Of a stretch of DNA of 64,000 nucleotides, positions 1-13,700 are shown in pieces (the stretch's first letter is position 1; every line of letters starts with the position of its first letter). The translations under genes were made by a program, and so were the position numbers. The DNA is from Felis catus (lineage: Eukaryota), in NCBI RefSeq assembly GCF_018350175.1, contig NC_058386.1:122078001-122142000 (forward strand), in the 5' to 3' direction. Below the pieces are notes generated by a model. The model did not search any database. It saw nothing but the letters and a program-made list of their open reading frames with translations, and had not been told where the DNA came from.

Positions 1-207
1 CTAAGTATCGCAGATACGTATACCAAGCACTGTTGGCGGCTCGGGAGTTCAAAGTGCCTGCCCTGGTGGGGCTTGCAGACCTTAAATAACCAAATAAACA
101 AAGAACGCCAGTGGGCACACAGGGTCTGGACAAATATAAGGCCAGGTGGATTTGCATGTTATTGTTGATAGGGTGGTCAGGCAAAGCCTCATTAGTATTC
201 ATTGACA

Positions 208-610
208 GCTGCGGTGGACACACCCTAAGGTGACCCCCACTAGGTCGTGCCCTTGTATAATCCCCTCCCTTTGGGCGTGGGTAGAACCTGTGCTTCTAAC
301 CAGTAGAATATGGTGAAGGTGAGATAGCATTTCACATGTGTGACTACATTAGGATGTATCTATGAGTCCATCTTGTTAGCACACACTTAGAGGCATTCTC
401 CCACTGGTCGTGGAAAAGCCATATTGTAACTGTCCCTGGAGAGGGCCACGTGGCAGGGAACTCTGGATGGCTTTAGGACCTAATGGTGGCCTCCAGCCAA
501 CAGCTAGTAAGAAGCTGAAAACTTGGCCCTAGAACCACAAAGAAATGGATTCGGCCAACAACCACATGAGCCTGATCAAGGACTCTGAATTCCAGAAGGG
601 ACTGCAGCCA
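208..610 (+). mobile_element. MaLR LTR (MLT1-like)
   Basis: gtataatcccctccc, gagggccacgtggcagggaact, agccaacagctagtaagaagctg, gccaacaaccacatgag motifs. Confidence 0.7.
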
Positions 611-1195
611 GGGTATGTGATGGCTACCCAATTCTCTGCAGAAAGATGGCCTCTCTGTCCTCAATCTAGCTATGGACATAAGCAAAGAAAAGACCAATGG
701 AGAAGGGGGTCCCTTCAATGTTCCAACAAAGCCCAAGAGGTCACAGACACGGCTGAGATTGAACTTGCAGGGCAAATGGAGCGGTGTGAAGGATGAAATG
801 CAGAAGTAGAGTGAGATGATGATGGATGAGAAGTGAGAGCAAAGCCGAAGACTGAGGTTTTGGCCACAAAGTCCAATTTAAGGAACACAAAGCAGATATT
901 TTTCCAAAGTACTTACACACCCCAGCAGACCAGAATATGAAATGCCCTCCTAAATATCAAGGACATTCACACAGTAGCTTCAGCTCACTGAGAGGTATTT
1001 AGGGGAGTAGCCTGGTTTCACTAAAGACTAAAATATTCAGCTGAGAGCATCATAAAAACAGGCCTCCAATGTCTCAAGACAGGCGCCACTTTGTAGCTCA
1101 GTGCCTGCATGAGATTTAATAGAGGCATCCAAAGAAAACAGCCCCAATCTTTCTACATACAGTATATACATAAGCAAGTATTACGTTTCTGGAAT

Positions 1196-1413
1196 ATTTT
1201 TTTTTAATTTTTTAAGTTTATTTATTTATTTCTGAGAGAGAGAGCACGAGTGAGGGAGGGCCTGAGAGAAAGTGGAAGAGAGAAAATCCCAAGCAGGCTC
1301 CAGGCCATCAGCACAGAGCCCGATGCAGGGCTCGAACCCATGAACCCATGAAATCATGACCTGAGCTGAAATCAAGAGTCAGACGCTTAACCGACTAAGC
1401 CACCTGGGTGCCC
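1196..1413 (-). mobile_element. Can-SINE (feliform type)
   Basis: Poly-T/(GA)n tail then tRNA-derived head ending gccacctgggtgccc; TSD gtttctggaat at 1185 and 1417. Confidence 0.92.
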
Positions 1414-1499
1414 TAAGTTTCTGGAATGTTAAAGAAAACATGATTGGTTCCACCTGCAGTTTAAGTTAATGAACCAGACACATACGTTTATCGTCTTTT

Positions 1500-1870
1500 A
1501 TGGGTTGTGTTCATCCAAAAGCCAACTCTAAAACAGAGTGAAGTGCGCAGTGAGTGCCTTTGGGAGACATACCTGTGGAAAGGATGAGAAGGGAGCAAGA
1601 GTGGAAAGAGGCAGCAGCTGAGCTGTGATTCAGGCCCCAGCTAACCCCATGGGGGTTAGGCCAATATGGCCAGATATTTCTACATCACCTTGATAAGTCA
1701 TTGAATGCAGATATACCCTGGGAGGGGTCCGAACTTGGGCAAGGTGGCCCTGTGCAGCTGAGGCAGGCCCCGAAGGGGTGGACAGCCCCAAAGGAGGTGC
1801 CCTCTCAGCAACTGGGGCAAGAAGGCCATCACTGAAAGGGGGTTTAGGTGACACATCCCTCTGTTCACCA
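1500..1870. mobile_element. Old ERVL-type LTR fragment (LTR16-like)
   Basis: Motif resemblance only (gcagctgaggcaggccccgaagg, gcaactgggg). Confidence 0.4.
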
Positions 1871-1929
1871 CACCTCTTCCTCCCTTTAAAATAATCATGA
1901 AGGAACAAAAACAATATAGCCTGACGGCA

Positions 1930-2660
1930 ATAAAGAATGGAAAAGGATGCTCAAATTCATTAGTTATTACAGAAACGTAAATCGAAACCACAAAGAAGTA
2001 GCACTCCACACCCACTAAGATGACCATTATCAAAAACTTTTAAAATCACAAGCGTTGGTGAAGATGTGGAGAAAAATCGGAAAACCTGGACATCGTTGGT
2101 GGCAATGTAAAATGAGTCAGCTGCTGTGAAAATAGTTTTGCAGTTCTGTAAGAAGTTGAAAATAGAAGTATCATGTGACTCGGCAGTTCTACTCTTACAT
2201 ATATACCCAGAAGATTTGAACACTGGTGCTCCAACAAGTGTTTGTACATGCGTGTTCATCACAGCACTATTCACAATAGCCAAACTGGCTGAAATGTCCA
2301 TCGCCAGATAAAGGGATTGTGGTCTAGCTACACGATGGGCTATTATGCATCCATAAAGAAGAAAGGGAGTCCTGATGCATGCTGCAGTATGGAGGACTCT
2401 TGAAAGCATCATGCCAATGGAAAGAAGCCAGACACAAAAGGTCACATATGGCATAATTCCATTTAGAGAAAGTATTCGAATAGGTACATCTACAGAGAGA
2501 ACACCAACTGATGGTTGCCAGGTGTTAGAGGAGGGGATGGAGAGCAAGTGCTGAACATGTACAGGATCTCCTTTGAGAGTGCTGAAAATGTTCTGGAACT
2601 AGACAAAGGCGCTGATTGTACAACACTGTGAACACACTAAATGCCACTGAATAAGTCCTG
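1930..2660 (+). mobile_element. Old LINE-1 3' end (ORF2 C-terminus / 3' UTR, L1M-type)
   Basis: Typical L1 motifs: gatgctcaa..cattag, aaaccacaa, gttggtgaagatgtggagaaa, gcagcactattcacaatagccaaa, gttctggaactaga. Confidence 0.85.
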
Positions 2661-2856
2661 GGGCCACAGAGCTGCGAGTCAACCTCATTCTTAAGCATAA
2701 CCAGACAACAAAGAAAAGCTAAATATTTGAGGATGGTGTACACGATGACAGAGAAGTATCATGAAAAAGAAATAGCAAAGCTGGCCCTATAGGAAAGAGA
2801 TGACTAAGGGACAGGGAAGAACAAGTTAAAAAGGAAAAACAAAAAGACCTTTTATT

Positions 2857-2957
2857 GGGGCACACGGCTTGCTCAGTTGGTGGAGCATGAGACTCTTGAT
2901 CTCAGGATCATGAGTTTGAGCCCCATGCTGGGTGTATAAATTACCTAAAAAAAAAAA
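2857..2957 (+). mobile_element. Short Can-SINE (tRNA-derived head + polyA)
   Basis: ggggcacacggcttgctcagttggtggagcatgagactcttgatctcagg...aaaaaaa. Confidence 0.8.
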
Positions 2958-2978
2958 GCCCCAAAACACAAAAACTTA

Positions 2979-3200
2979 GGGGCGCCTGGGTGGCTCAGTC
3001 GGTTAAGCGTCTGACTTTGGCTCAGGTCATGATCTCACGGTTCATGAGTTCGAGCCCCGCTCTGGGCTCTGTGCTGACAGCTCAGTGCCTGGAGCTTATT
3101 TCAGATTCTGTGTCTCCCTCTCTCTCTGCCCCTCCCCTGCTTGCTCGCTTGCTCACTCTCTCTCAAGAACAAAAAAAACATTTAAAAAACTTTAAAAAAT
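2979..3200 (+). mobile_element. Can-SINE (felid SINEC_Fc-like)
   Basis: ggggcgcctgggtggctcagtcggttaagcgtctgactttggctcaggtcatgatctc...(CT)n + A tail. Confidence 0.93.
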
Positions 3201-3374
3201 ACCTTTTATTAATATCCTCAGAGAGACTTGATATTGAATATATAGAACAAAAACAGATTGGTATAAAAACAGTACTATAAAATGTGAAGGATCACTTGAA
3301 ATTAAAACTACAATTGCAAAATTAAAAATTCAGTAAAAGAACCAAGTTGAGAGGAACTTAAAATATATAGAACA

Positions 3375-3540
3375 GGGGCACCTGGGTGGCTCAGTCAGTT
3401 AAGCTTCCGACTTTGGCTCAGGTCATGATCTTGCCGTCTGTGAGTTCGAGCCCCACGTCGAGCTCTGCGCTGACAGCTCAGAGCCTGGAGCCTGCTTCGG
3501 ATTCTGTGTCCCCCTCTTTGTCTACCCCTCCCCTGCTTGT

Positions 3541-3582
<42 letters not shown>

Positions 3583-3605
3583 AAAAATCAATAAACATTA
3601 AAAAA
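3375..3605 (+). mobile_element. Can-SINE (felid SINEC_Fc-like)
   Basis: Canonical head, (TC)n and A tail; TSD-like ...tagaacag / ...gagaacag. Confidence 0.93.
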
Positions 3606-3619
3606 TAGAGAACAGAAGT

Positions 3620-3860
3620 ACAGGAAAGGACGATACCAAGTGCTACCAAGAACATGGAGCACTTCAAATTCTCCTACTTGCTTGTAGCAGTGCTAATTGC
3701 TACAACTGCTTTGGAAAACCTGGTGGAAGTATTTCCTAAGGCTAAAGCTGAACGTGTGCCTGCCCTAGGAAGCAGCAATGCCATGCCAGTGCATATATTC
3801 AAAACGTGTGAGTGTACTCATGGCCACCAAAAGACACGTACAATTCCCGGTAGCATTATC
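3620..3860 (+). mobile_element. Old L1 fragment
   Basis: tacaactgctttggaaaac...gcaatgcca...caccaaaagacacgtacaa, an L1ME-like 3' segment. Confidence 0.6.
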
Positions 3861-4495
3861 TGTACCACAAGCTTAGTGGCTGTAAACAGCACCCATCTAT
3901 TACCTTGTAGTTTCTATAGGTTAGAAGTCCAGGTGCAGCTTAGCTGGGCCTTTTGCTCAGAGTTTCACAGGGCTGCAGTCAACATGCTGGCTGGGGCTGT
4001 GTTCTCATCTGAGGCTCTGGCTTCCCTTCCCTTCTGGCTCTGGCTGTTGCCAGAATTAAGTTCCTTGTGGATGTAGGACTGAGGTCCTGTTTGCTAGCTG
4101 GCCATCAGCCCTGGGCCACTCTCAGATCCTAGAGACTACTCACAGTTCCTTGCCAGATGACCCTCTCATAGGTGCTCTCACAACATGGTTGTCTACTTCT
4201 TTGAGGCCGGCAGGGAATTGCTCTAATTTCAGGGGAGGCCTGGCCCTCTTTTGAGAGGCTCATCTGGTTAGGTCAGATCCACCCAGGATAATCTCCCTTC
4301 TGATTAACTCACAGCAACTGATTAGGGGTCTTAATTATATCTGCAAAATCCTTTCAGCTTTGCTATATTCTATTGTTTATAAGTAGTGAATTCTGCCCAT
4401 ACAAGGACCAAGGGAGGGGATTATACAAGGACAGGTACACTACAGAAGTAGGAAGCTATATAATAAGGGCTATATAGACCTGTGGCTACCACAGA
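3860..4495. mobile_element. MaLR LTR (MLT1-like)
   Basis: taccacaa..ttagtggct..aaacagcac..ggctgcagtcaa..ggctggggctg..ctcatctgaggctc..cccaggataatctccc motifs typical of MLT1. Confidence 0.7.
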
Positions 4496-4866
4496 GGAAC
4501 CCTGTCTTTCTTGAGCCTTAAGTCCATATCAGAAATATTAATCTAGTCAATTCCACATTTTTCCAGTTACTTTGGGATTTTCTTACTAATTACCAAATAT
4601 CATTATCAGGCAATTCAGGATTTTCTCCTTCTTATGCCTAGGCTACCACCTAAATCCTGTGAGGCAGAGTTTCACGACATTTGGAGAGACAGTGAGCAAG
4701 CACATTTGATCCTTGTCATTGGTCCATGCCAGCCTCCACTGCACTGTGATGTGCAATCCCACCCAGCCCTGAGATAGCACGCCTTCATGCCAGCTTTCAA
4801 TGAGGCATCAGCCTAACCTGGTATGCAGTCCACACCATTTTCCACTGTGACATTCGTTGGAGGGTG

Positions 4867-4868
<2 letters not shown>

Positions 4869-4956
<88 letters not shown>
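4869..4956. repeat. Compound (TC)n(AC)n microsatellite
   Basis: Direct reading. Confidence 0.95.
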
Positions 4957-4959
<3 letters not shown>

Positions 4960-7900
4960 TTCCGTGCCCTTCTTAGGGAACAGGTATATTCAGCTGCTTT
5001 TCCATGCCACTTTAGGGCCACAGGAAGGTCGGTGAGGGGGGGTGGCGGGTGCTGCCTCAGGCACTAATGCAGCTAGGCCATGCTGATCCAGTGTGAGGGG
5101 AATTCTAAGACTCAGTGCACTTTCCATAGTCCAGCAAGAGAACACAAGTCCCTTGCCCTTGGACTTCTACTGCATTCCCACCTTTGACCCTAACTCAGGG
5201 CTGAGGGCAGCACACATCGGTAAGTTGGTAAATACTACATGATACCTCACCACAGCCCAAGGGTGAGGATTCAGGGGAGAGTTCAAGGCTTAGCTTTCAT
5301 TCTGGAGCCAGGACCCTCAGGTGAGCCCTCTTTGAGGACAGGCCCCGCCCCTTCTACTTGCTGCTGTGTCCCCGGGACTAGCACTGCTCATTGGGTTTCA
5401 GAGGATGACTGGGATGAGAGCCATGATCAGAATTACCTGGATGAGAAAGCAGAGCGGCCCAGGCTGTACTCAGCCCACCGCGAAGAGGGGCTGTCTCAAG
5501 CCCACACAGAGTGGCGGGCAGGGCCCTGGTCTCCGGGGGCAGGTGAAATGGTTCTGAGGAGCCTGATGTGGGCTTTGACTGCCACCAAATATGCTGGGCA
5601 CCGAGGACCCCGTTCCTGGAAGTTGCTCTCGTGTGAGGCAGTTCTGGGGGTCTGCTCTCCAATGGCCTGGGCTGCCCTGAGGTCTGTGATGCAGTGGCAA
5701 CATCCTGGCTCCTGGCTGGGGGCTCAAGGCGGTGAAAGTGAATTGGATCACAACCGGCATCTGATTCTGTTGAAGTAGAAGCCCCTTGGAGCATGCGGGG
5801 TAGAAGGACTAGGCATCACGGCAGCCTTGACAGTTGCTGAGCTCCTACCCTGGGTCACGCTCTGTGCCAAGGACCATAAGGTGAGCGGATTCTCTCATAT
5901 GGAAGGGGTTAGTCACAGTCCCATGTGCCTCTGGACATCTTGCAAGCAAGCTTTCCCTTCCCTCATCTTTGCTCCCCTCCTCTCCCCCTTCCCTCTCCTG
6001 TTTCTTTTAAAGCCCAGACTTTTCCATCTTGTTATTCACTGATCCCGCCAGCTCAGCGGGGGTTGCGTGGACAGGTCGGGCTTGGAACAAGCAAACCTCC
6101 TGTTGTCAGAGCCAGGAAGCAGAGCATTTCTAAAATCTTCCACCAGGTGTCTCCCGAGCGCCAGTGTTTGCTAGCAACGCTTCCTAGGTGATTCATTTCC
6201 TCACAAGTATGCATTTTTCGTAGAGCATGAGCTTAAAACAAAATAAGTAAAACAGAAATGCTGAATCAGACCTTTGTAAGCATTGCTTTGTCACTGAGTT
6301 GAGGTATGACCGGTTCTTTTTCCGTTTGCGTTGCATTCATCGGGATGAGTTTACATTTGGTCACTCCCCTTCCTCCCTTTTCCCCGTTCCTCTTGGATTT
6401 AGGGAGGATTTCTGCTTATTCCCTCAGATCCAGTTTGACAAAGAACCTCAGGGAACAGAAACAATGACAGCTCTCTTGGAATAAAAAAAAAAGGACTCTT
6501 GGTAGAATGCTTTCTGAGCCAGGAGAGGCACTTCTGGTCGCTGGGTCTGCAGGCAAAGCCCAGATGTCACCAGGCGTTGCCAGCTTGCACACTCAGGCTC
6601 TGACAAGCAGATGCTTCTTGCAAAGGGGAGTCCACAGCCAGGTTGCCAAGGCAGCTCCCATCACCCCCTGCACTTCTGAAGCAAAAGCCGGAGGACGAGT
6701 CAGAGTGGGAAACACTGTAAGGTTTGGTGCTATTCTTCCAGGGGCCCTTCTGCTGGTGCCCTTATGAAACACACCTCAGGCGTGAATAGATGCATCGAAA
6801 GAAGGAACAGCTAAAGACGGCTTAAAATATGCCACCATCAAGGGATAAAAACAGGAGCATACAAGGAATCTTCGGAGTTGCACCCAATTACCATATGCCT
6901 TGTTAGACAGATGCCCTCATGAAGTTAGTAGCTGACACTGAAAAAGGTAGTAAGAGCTATCTTGCTGGTTTGATGAGGAAAACTGGCCTTCGTTTGCTAT
7001 GACACAAGCCCAGTACTAAAAGGGGTGTCCTGCTTTGCCAAGAATTTCAATTCTGTCTTTACCAAGACATGACGTCCCTCTATGCTACATGCAGCCATCT
7101 GCTTTTTACTTGAAGAAACGTGCCATTTGGGAAGCAGTGGCTGTTATCACTTGTGGAACTGGTGTGATGTGATATGTCTGTAACATCATTGCAAAGCCTG
7201 TCAATATGAAAACTTCTCTAAGGGCCTGTAAGGGACCAATAAAAACACTGAGGGGTGGAAGGCATACCAAAGGGGGTTCTTGTTAAATGGCATGTGCCGT
7301 TCACATTTAAAGTTTTCAAAAGTCCTCAAAGTTGGGATGTCTCTCCATTGAGTCTTGGAGTCCAAGGGCAGCCTTTGAATCCTGGGCAGGAGCAAAGCCT
7401 CATAAGTCCCAGTCCTCCCCCTTGAGTGACAGTGTGTTGAGTGGCCATAAGATGGGACAGTTGAAAGAGCATGGGCTCTGCCATCAGACAGAGCTGCTTT
7501 CAATCCCAGGTCTGCAGCGTGGACGTCGCCTACTGCTAACCTTCCCTGGGTCTCCTGGAAGTAAGAACCCCACAGAGACCAGCTGGTGCCCCTCCCCGGC
7601 CTCCAGTAGGCACTCAGTGAACAGGGGTTGTGTGTAGCCCATGGAGTCCCAGATCCCCGCCTCCTCCGGCTCCAGCCCCACGGGGGCACAGCTGCAGTGA
7701 TCACCGGCTCACCTGAGCCTCACACCGTGGCTCGTGAACTTCACAGAGATGCTAGCAGGGCCAGCGAAACATTTCCAGTTACAAAGCCACAGCCTGTGGC
7801 ATGGGGTGGGGGGGCTTCAGTCTTCACTCAAGTGATGCCTGTCCGGATGCCAGATAGGCTCCAGGGAGCACATGTGGCGTTTCCCAAGTATGCCTTTCAC

Positions 7901-10339
7901 GGTACTAAGATCAGGGGGAACCTGGTTTTCCATTTCCTGTGTAACTGGTCTTCTACATCAACAAGCTGCTTAAAGAGTAAGTTCCCAGAGGGATGCGACG
8001 GTGGGATGGCGGTGGGGTGGCATCAGCATTTCTCATGCCATTGTCAGCTGGCGGGGGGTCAAGTCAAACGAAAGATGACAGCACCACTGTCTTGCTTCTC
8101 TTTCCTGTAACATCTTTGTGCACCAAATCCATTCCAGCCTTTTCAACTCATTAAGTCCTCACTGCGGCCCCAGGGACTGTGCGCTCTGTATTAGCTCCAG
8201 TACACAGATGGTCAGACAGAGGTTTGGAGAAGGGGCATCACTGGCTCAAGGTCTCACAGCCAAAAGGGTTGGAACTTAAACCCTGACCTCTTAGCCACAA
8301 TGCCACACTGCCACAGACTGACCCAGGCCAGGGCCTTGTCTGGGCTGCTGAATGAGCCTTGTACTATGAGGGTGATCACCGTATGTCCTCCCAGGCAACC
8401 AGGGTACATGGAGGGTCACTGAGGCACAGAAGCTGGATGGGCAGGTAAGAGAGAGCTTCTAGATCTTGGGCTGGTAGAAAACCCTAATTTTGCTCAAGGA
8501 AAACATTCACTTGGGAATTCGGGGCCCAAATGAATTCTAATGATAATATCATTAGTCGCCGAGTATGCAGTGAGTGAGAACTATGTGGCACTACCTGAAG
8601 TTTATATCCCAACCAGGGTGTGGGTTCTAGTACCCTCATTTTACATGAGGAGGAAATGGAGGTGAGGAAAGGTCACACAGTTTGTCAGTGACAAAGACTG
8701 ACAAAGACAGGACTCCAGACCCGCTCTCTCACTTACTGCTTTGGTGAAGAGGAAGACAATGAACAAATGTGTGACCGCAAGGCACTCCCCTGCAGGAAGC
8801 ACTCACAGCGCGCCAGGCCCCGTGCTGCCTGCCTCAGCCTCCAGGCTGCCTGGCCTCACCTAACCTCCTTGCCTCCTTAATGTTCACCTGTGTCAGCTGC
8901 AAGACATGAGATCACTAGTCAAGACACCCCCGGGTGAGGGGAAAATATCCAAAATCCTTCGAGAAAAAAATGGAGACGATGAACGAAAACAAGACCACTG
9001 CAGACCAGCCTCAACAAGCTGCTCTCTGGCATCTTTTCATCCTGTCCAGAGAGAACTGACAGGCTCCCCAGGCAGAGGCCTGTGCAAGAGTAACCAGCAC
9101 AGGCTGTGTGGCGTCCTCTCTACCCCTCTCCTCCAGCCATGCTTCCCTATCGATGCTGGCAAAGAGCTGTAGAAGCAGCACTTGGGCGTCTGAGGCTGCC
9201 AAGCTGCTTTCGTCATCACCTTTCTCTCAAAATCAGACCCCAGATCACACTACCTGAGTCATGTGAGTGGGCCCAGGCTCCAGGTGGCTGCACCGTGAGA
9301 CTCACCTGAAGCAAGACTGCGGGCAGACCATGTGTAACATAAACGACTAGTGTACGTACATGCTTTTGCCAAGGGGCCTTCCTATGTTGAGCTCTGCGTC
9401 CATCCCATTTCCACCACGGAAAACTGTGCTGGGTATCAAATGAGATTTCCCATCATGGTGCGGTATGGCAGGAGGTGAGGTATCCACCCATCCAGGTTGA
9501 CGCAGGGAGGGCCTCAGTCCTGGGAAGGGCGTCCCTGGCGGCCGAAGGCTGGAGGAAGGACAAACATCCAGGAACTCTAGGCCTCTATAAATCCAACAAA
9601 TGTTGCCTCTTACTGGTGTTAGTATCACATGTGCACCATGCCTCATCCAAAACCTTGGGCCAGATGAATTTCAGAATTCAGAAAGGTGACAGAGCCAAGG
9701 GCCACGTATCAGTGACACCCTTGCAGGGTCTAGCAAACACATGGACATCACTTCACGGAAACATGTGACTATTAACACCAAGTGTTAATAATGAGGCAAA
9801 TAAAGAATTAAAAAAAAGTGACTATTAACCCCAAGTGTTAATAATAAGGCACATAAAGAAAAAAAAATAAAGAAAATTCAGGATTCTCTAAATAGCTTCA
9901 TGCCATCCATTTTTGGTTTTACCACCAGAAGCGTTTAGGTCAAGCTTACAGAAACACTTCTGGTTACCAAAGCTTTATGGATGACAGAATCGTGGGTGGC
10001 AGATCTTGGACCTGTATTACCTGAGGCGGCAGGCTGACATCGACTCCCACACAGCTGGGAAGAAGCTCCCAGATTTATGCATTGCCAGCACTGACATAGC
10101 CCTCAATTCTCAAACCCTGTCAGTTCGCGTAGGTTCACAAAGCCTCTCCATTGGTCCCAGGGGCCGCCATACATCTTTGGTCAAAATGCATGCACGGCAC
10201 CCAAGACCCCAACCAGGCCACATCCTGTTACAGACTTTTCAGTATCTGCCCATCTCCCATCAGTAGGCTTCAAGATACAGGCCAGCAGTACCCCCCACAT
10301 CCTTTCTTACTTAGCAAAGCCTACTTGGGAAGAGACGCC

Positions 10340-10580
10340 TCTTCAACCACTATTAGTAGTAGAATGCTTTATGGTTTACAGATTGCGCTCACATGAATTA
10401 CCTCGTGTGATCCTCACCCTCAGGAGTTAACCTGGAAAATATTATCACTCCTTCGGGTAGATTTTTATATTAGACCTGTCTTTCAGATGAGGAAATTGAG
10501 GTTCAGAGAGGTAAAGTGATTTGCTTGGGCTCACACTGTAGTAGTGGGGGTGCCACAGATCAATCCCAGGTTCATAACCA
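10340..10580. mobile_element. MIR
   Basis: gatgaggaaattgaggttcagagaggtaaagtgatttgc MIR core. Further MIR-like cores at ~8150-8310 and ~8560-8720. Confidence 0.75.
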
Positions 10581-11479
10581 TAGAATAGACATTGGACTTC
10601 CTGCTATGATCCCCCTATGGAGGACAGGAGCCTGAGCAGCTACATCTAGGTTGCTTTACACACGCACGGGCACGCGCGCACACACACACACACACACACA
10701 AACACACACTTCCCTCTACAGGCAATGAATGCCACTTCACAGCATATCAAAATCTCTCAAACTCCTAAGCCAAAAATTGTACAGTAGACCTGAATTGATG
10801 GTGCCAGGTTGGAGGTGCTCCACAAATGCATCTGCTCCAGCCAAGAACCTTCCTTCAGTTCCCTGCAGGTATCTGGCCCTTCCCAGCAGCCCTTCCCCCA
10901 CTTCCAACCTAAGAAGCCCCTATCTGCCTTCAAGCCCCAGCCCCTCATCCTAAGTCGGTAGTTCCTTCCTATTCACATTGACTGCCTCTCATTCTGCCTC
11001 GTTTCAGGCTCAACAGCATACAGGTCTGCCTGGAAGTTGCCTCCTCTCAGCTCTGAGGAACACACAGTGCACGCCTTCAAGGAACCTCTCGCAAGGTGGG
11101 TGTCTACTGGCTTAAATGTGCTTTGCCTCCCGATGTTCTGTCCCCAGATCTGCCTTCTCCCATCAGCCTATGTTTACACCAGTGCTAACAGACACGTGGT
11201 TATCAAAGGCCCTTCCTCCTCAGCAGGTATCTGATGTACAAGAGGCCAAAGCACCTCCGACCAAGCCAGCCGCAGGGTAGAGCGTGGCTGCGCCTGAGCA
11301 AAGGCAGCTGGTGCCCTACATTGCTTAGCTTACACCCACTCCTCAGGAATACTAGGTGTAGATTTATCCATTCAGTCAGTGTGGGTTGCATAGCCTCAGG
11401 CACTGCGAGAGCCTGACCACACCAGCGGGATGCTGACCCTAGAATGATAATTCTTGCTCTGCAGCTCCCTGGTGGACTG

Positions 11480-13700
11480 GTAGACTGTCAGGTGGGCATC
11501 CGGTTTGAAGGAACACCCTGCCCAACTCTGCTTCCTCCCTCTCCTTCAGTGGGGGTTAGACCCCAATCAGTCTTTGGCATTCCTAACTCCCTCTTGGGGT
11601 CAGCTCCCTGAAGGACTTAATCTGACATCGTTGGTTCCAGAGTGGTCCAAAAAGCAGGTGGCAAGATGGGGTCTAGTATGGGATTACTCTTCTCCTACCC
11701 TACTGGCAATGACGACCCATCCTGGAGGACGGGTGGTGTGCAGATAACCCCAGGCACAAGGAGACAGTCGAGCCACTAAAACTTTCACACTAGAACTTTT
11801 TGCTGAGCTGGCAGGTGGAGAGTAATTTCCTGGCAGGTGAGAAGATCCAGGTATGTGGAATGTATGAGAATGACAACTCTAAGGACGAAGGGAATGGATG
11901 GAGGTGACTTCTCTGCACTAGTGGCTTACAAGGGGATGAGAAGCTGCGGGTGATTAACAAGCTGAAAATGAAGGGGGAGCCCCAGAGTTTCCTTGGTAGC
12001 TTACAAAGTAGCCCCACTTCAGGCAGTGGCCAAAGGTCAAGCTCAGGATTTGATAGGAATGGCTGAACTTCAAAAATGGCTGAACGCTCAGCTAAGGCAG
12101 GCCTGTCATGCCAACATCAGAAGCCCACTTGGGAACACCTGCATCCCTGACACAAGGAACAGGGAGGGACGTGTAGGGGAAGAGCTGGACTCCCCAGAGG
12201 TCTCTGAAACTTGAGTCTGTGGCAGCAGCCCACCCCTTCCCATAGTAAAGTGCTAGTACGTCCACCATAGCTCCGAGGGAGCAACACATTACCCAAGTCT
12301 TTCCCCAGAGGTGCCCTCCGTCCCAGGAGGCAGGGTGGCCAACCATCTTGATTTGCTACAGAACTCACCCTGCTCCAGCCAGAAGAGTTCCAGGGAAAGC
12401 AGGAAGAGATGGGCAGCCTACTGCCAGGTCCTCAACCAGAGTGAAGTCACCATGCCCAGCACAGGCAGGGCATACCAGGCCTGGTCAGGGAAGAAAGGCG
12501 GGAGAGGTAATTCTCCCACCCCTCCCCCACCACGACTGCAGTAGAGGCCCTGGGGTAGCACCGAATGGCCAGAAGCCAGGGGCTCATGATCACAGACATC
12601 ACTGACCAGGAGGTCTGACCCACAGCGTGGTGGAAGTGGAGGCCTTCCTAGCGATGTAATGGACAGGCAACCAGCCAAGGTACAGCCTCAAGTGGATATT
12701 CAAAAGAGCAAGAACACACAGTAAGAAGCTGAGTGCAGCCACCCCAATAAACAAGTCATGATCCCTTGCCCCACTTCTGCCCCTGAGCCAGTTCTGAGAC
12801 CTACAGCTGAGACAGGGAAACTGAAGGACTCCATAAAAATCGGGTTTTTTGCTCCTTTTCCTGCTTTTATTCTTGGTAGGACCTGCACCCCTACTTTACA
12901 CATCTCATAATGCAAATAATGATTTCTCTAGAGTAGATGACATCCAAGGAAGTACCAGGTGACAATGACCAGACGAAGCTGCCATATGCCTATTCCAGAC
13001 CACTGGTGCTAGACATCTTGATGCCAAGGCCCCTGGCTCTAAGGAATGACACCTGGGCCCCCGCCTTTGTTCTAAGGGTTCCTGGATTCCTGAGGGGACA
13101 CATACACCAGGCCTCAATAAAAACCCCAGACCCCAGACAAAGACGAGACTCCCTCCTTTCTTTCCTTCCAGAGTCACCTGAATACTCTGTCCTTGCACTT
13201 TCCCTATATCTTCAATACACTCTGCATTCACCTCCTGCTAGCTCACGTTTGATTTCTATTCTGCGTGCAGCCAGAGACACTCCTGGCTAGTCCTGCAGGA
13301 ACCCTCTGGGTCCTCAGAATTAGCCTGCTGGCATCAAAACCATGGACTAGGGAAGTAGCCAGGTCCCCAGGTAGAAGGACACCACAGCACCATGGCAAAT
13401 AGATACTGGAATGATCCCCCAGCCCTTCCCAAAGGGACCTCTGGGTGAATGAACACTAGGAAACAGGATAACCACAGTTCAAGGCTGTTGGGCACAGTGT
13501 CCAAGTTGACACTGATATGAGAGACTCAATAAACTGTGTCTCCAAATCTGCTTCAGGAGGACCCCCTATGCCGGACCTTCTGAAAAGAGAATGTCATTGG
13601 GTCCAAGGTATGCTGGGCTATCCCTGAGCATCTGTCAGTTGGCCTTGAGTGGGGCAAGTCTGGAATCCGATATACTCCAGGATGAGGTGCAGAGCTTAGT
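11480..13700. mobile_element. Degenerate ERVL-class internal sequence
   Basis: Resembles decayed ERVL gag/pol-type DNA (aagtcatgatcccttgccc...gagccagttctgagacc); no intact ORF. Confidence 0.35.

Noticed and set aside
2979-3460. tRNA genes
   Set aside because: The A/B-box sequences are Can-SINE heads with (CT)n/A tails and TSDs.
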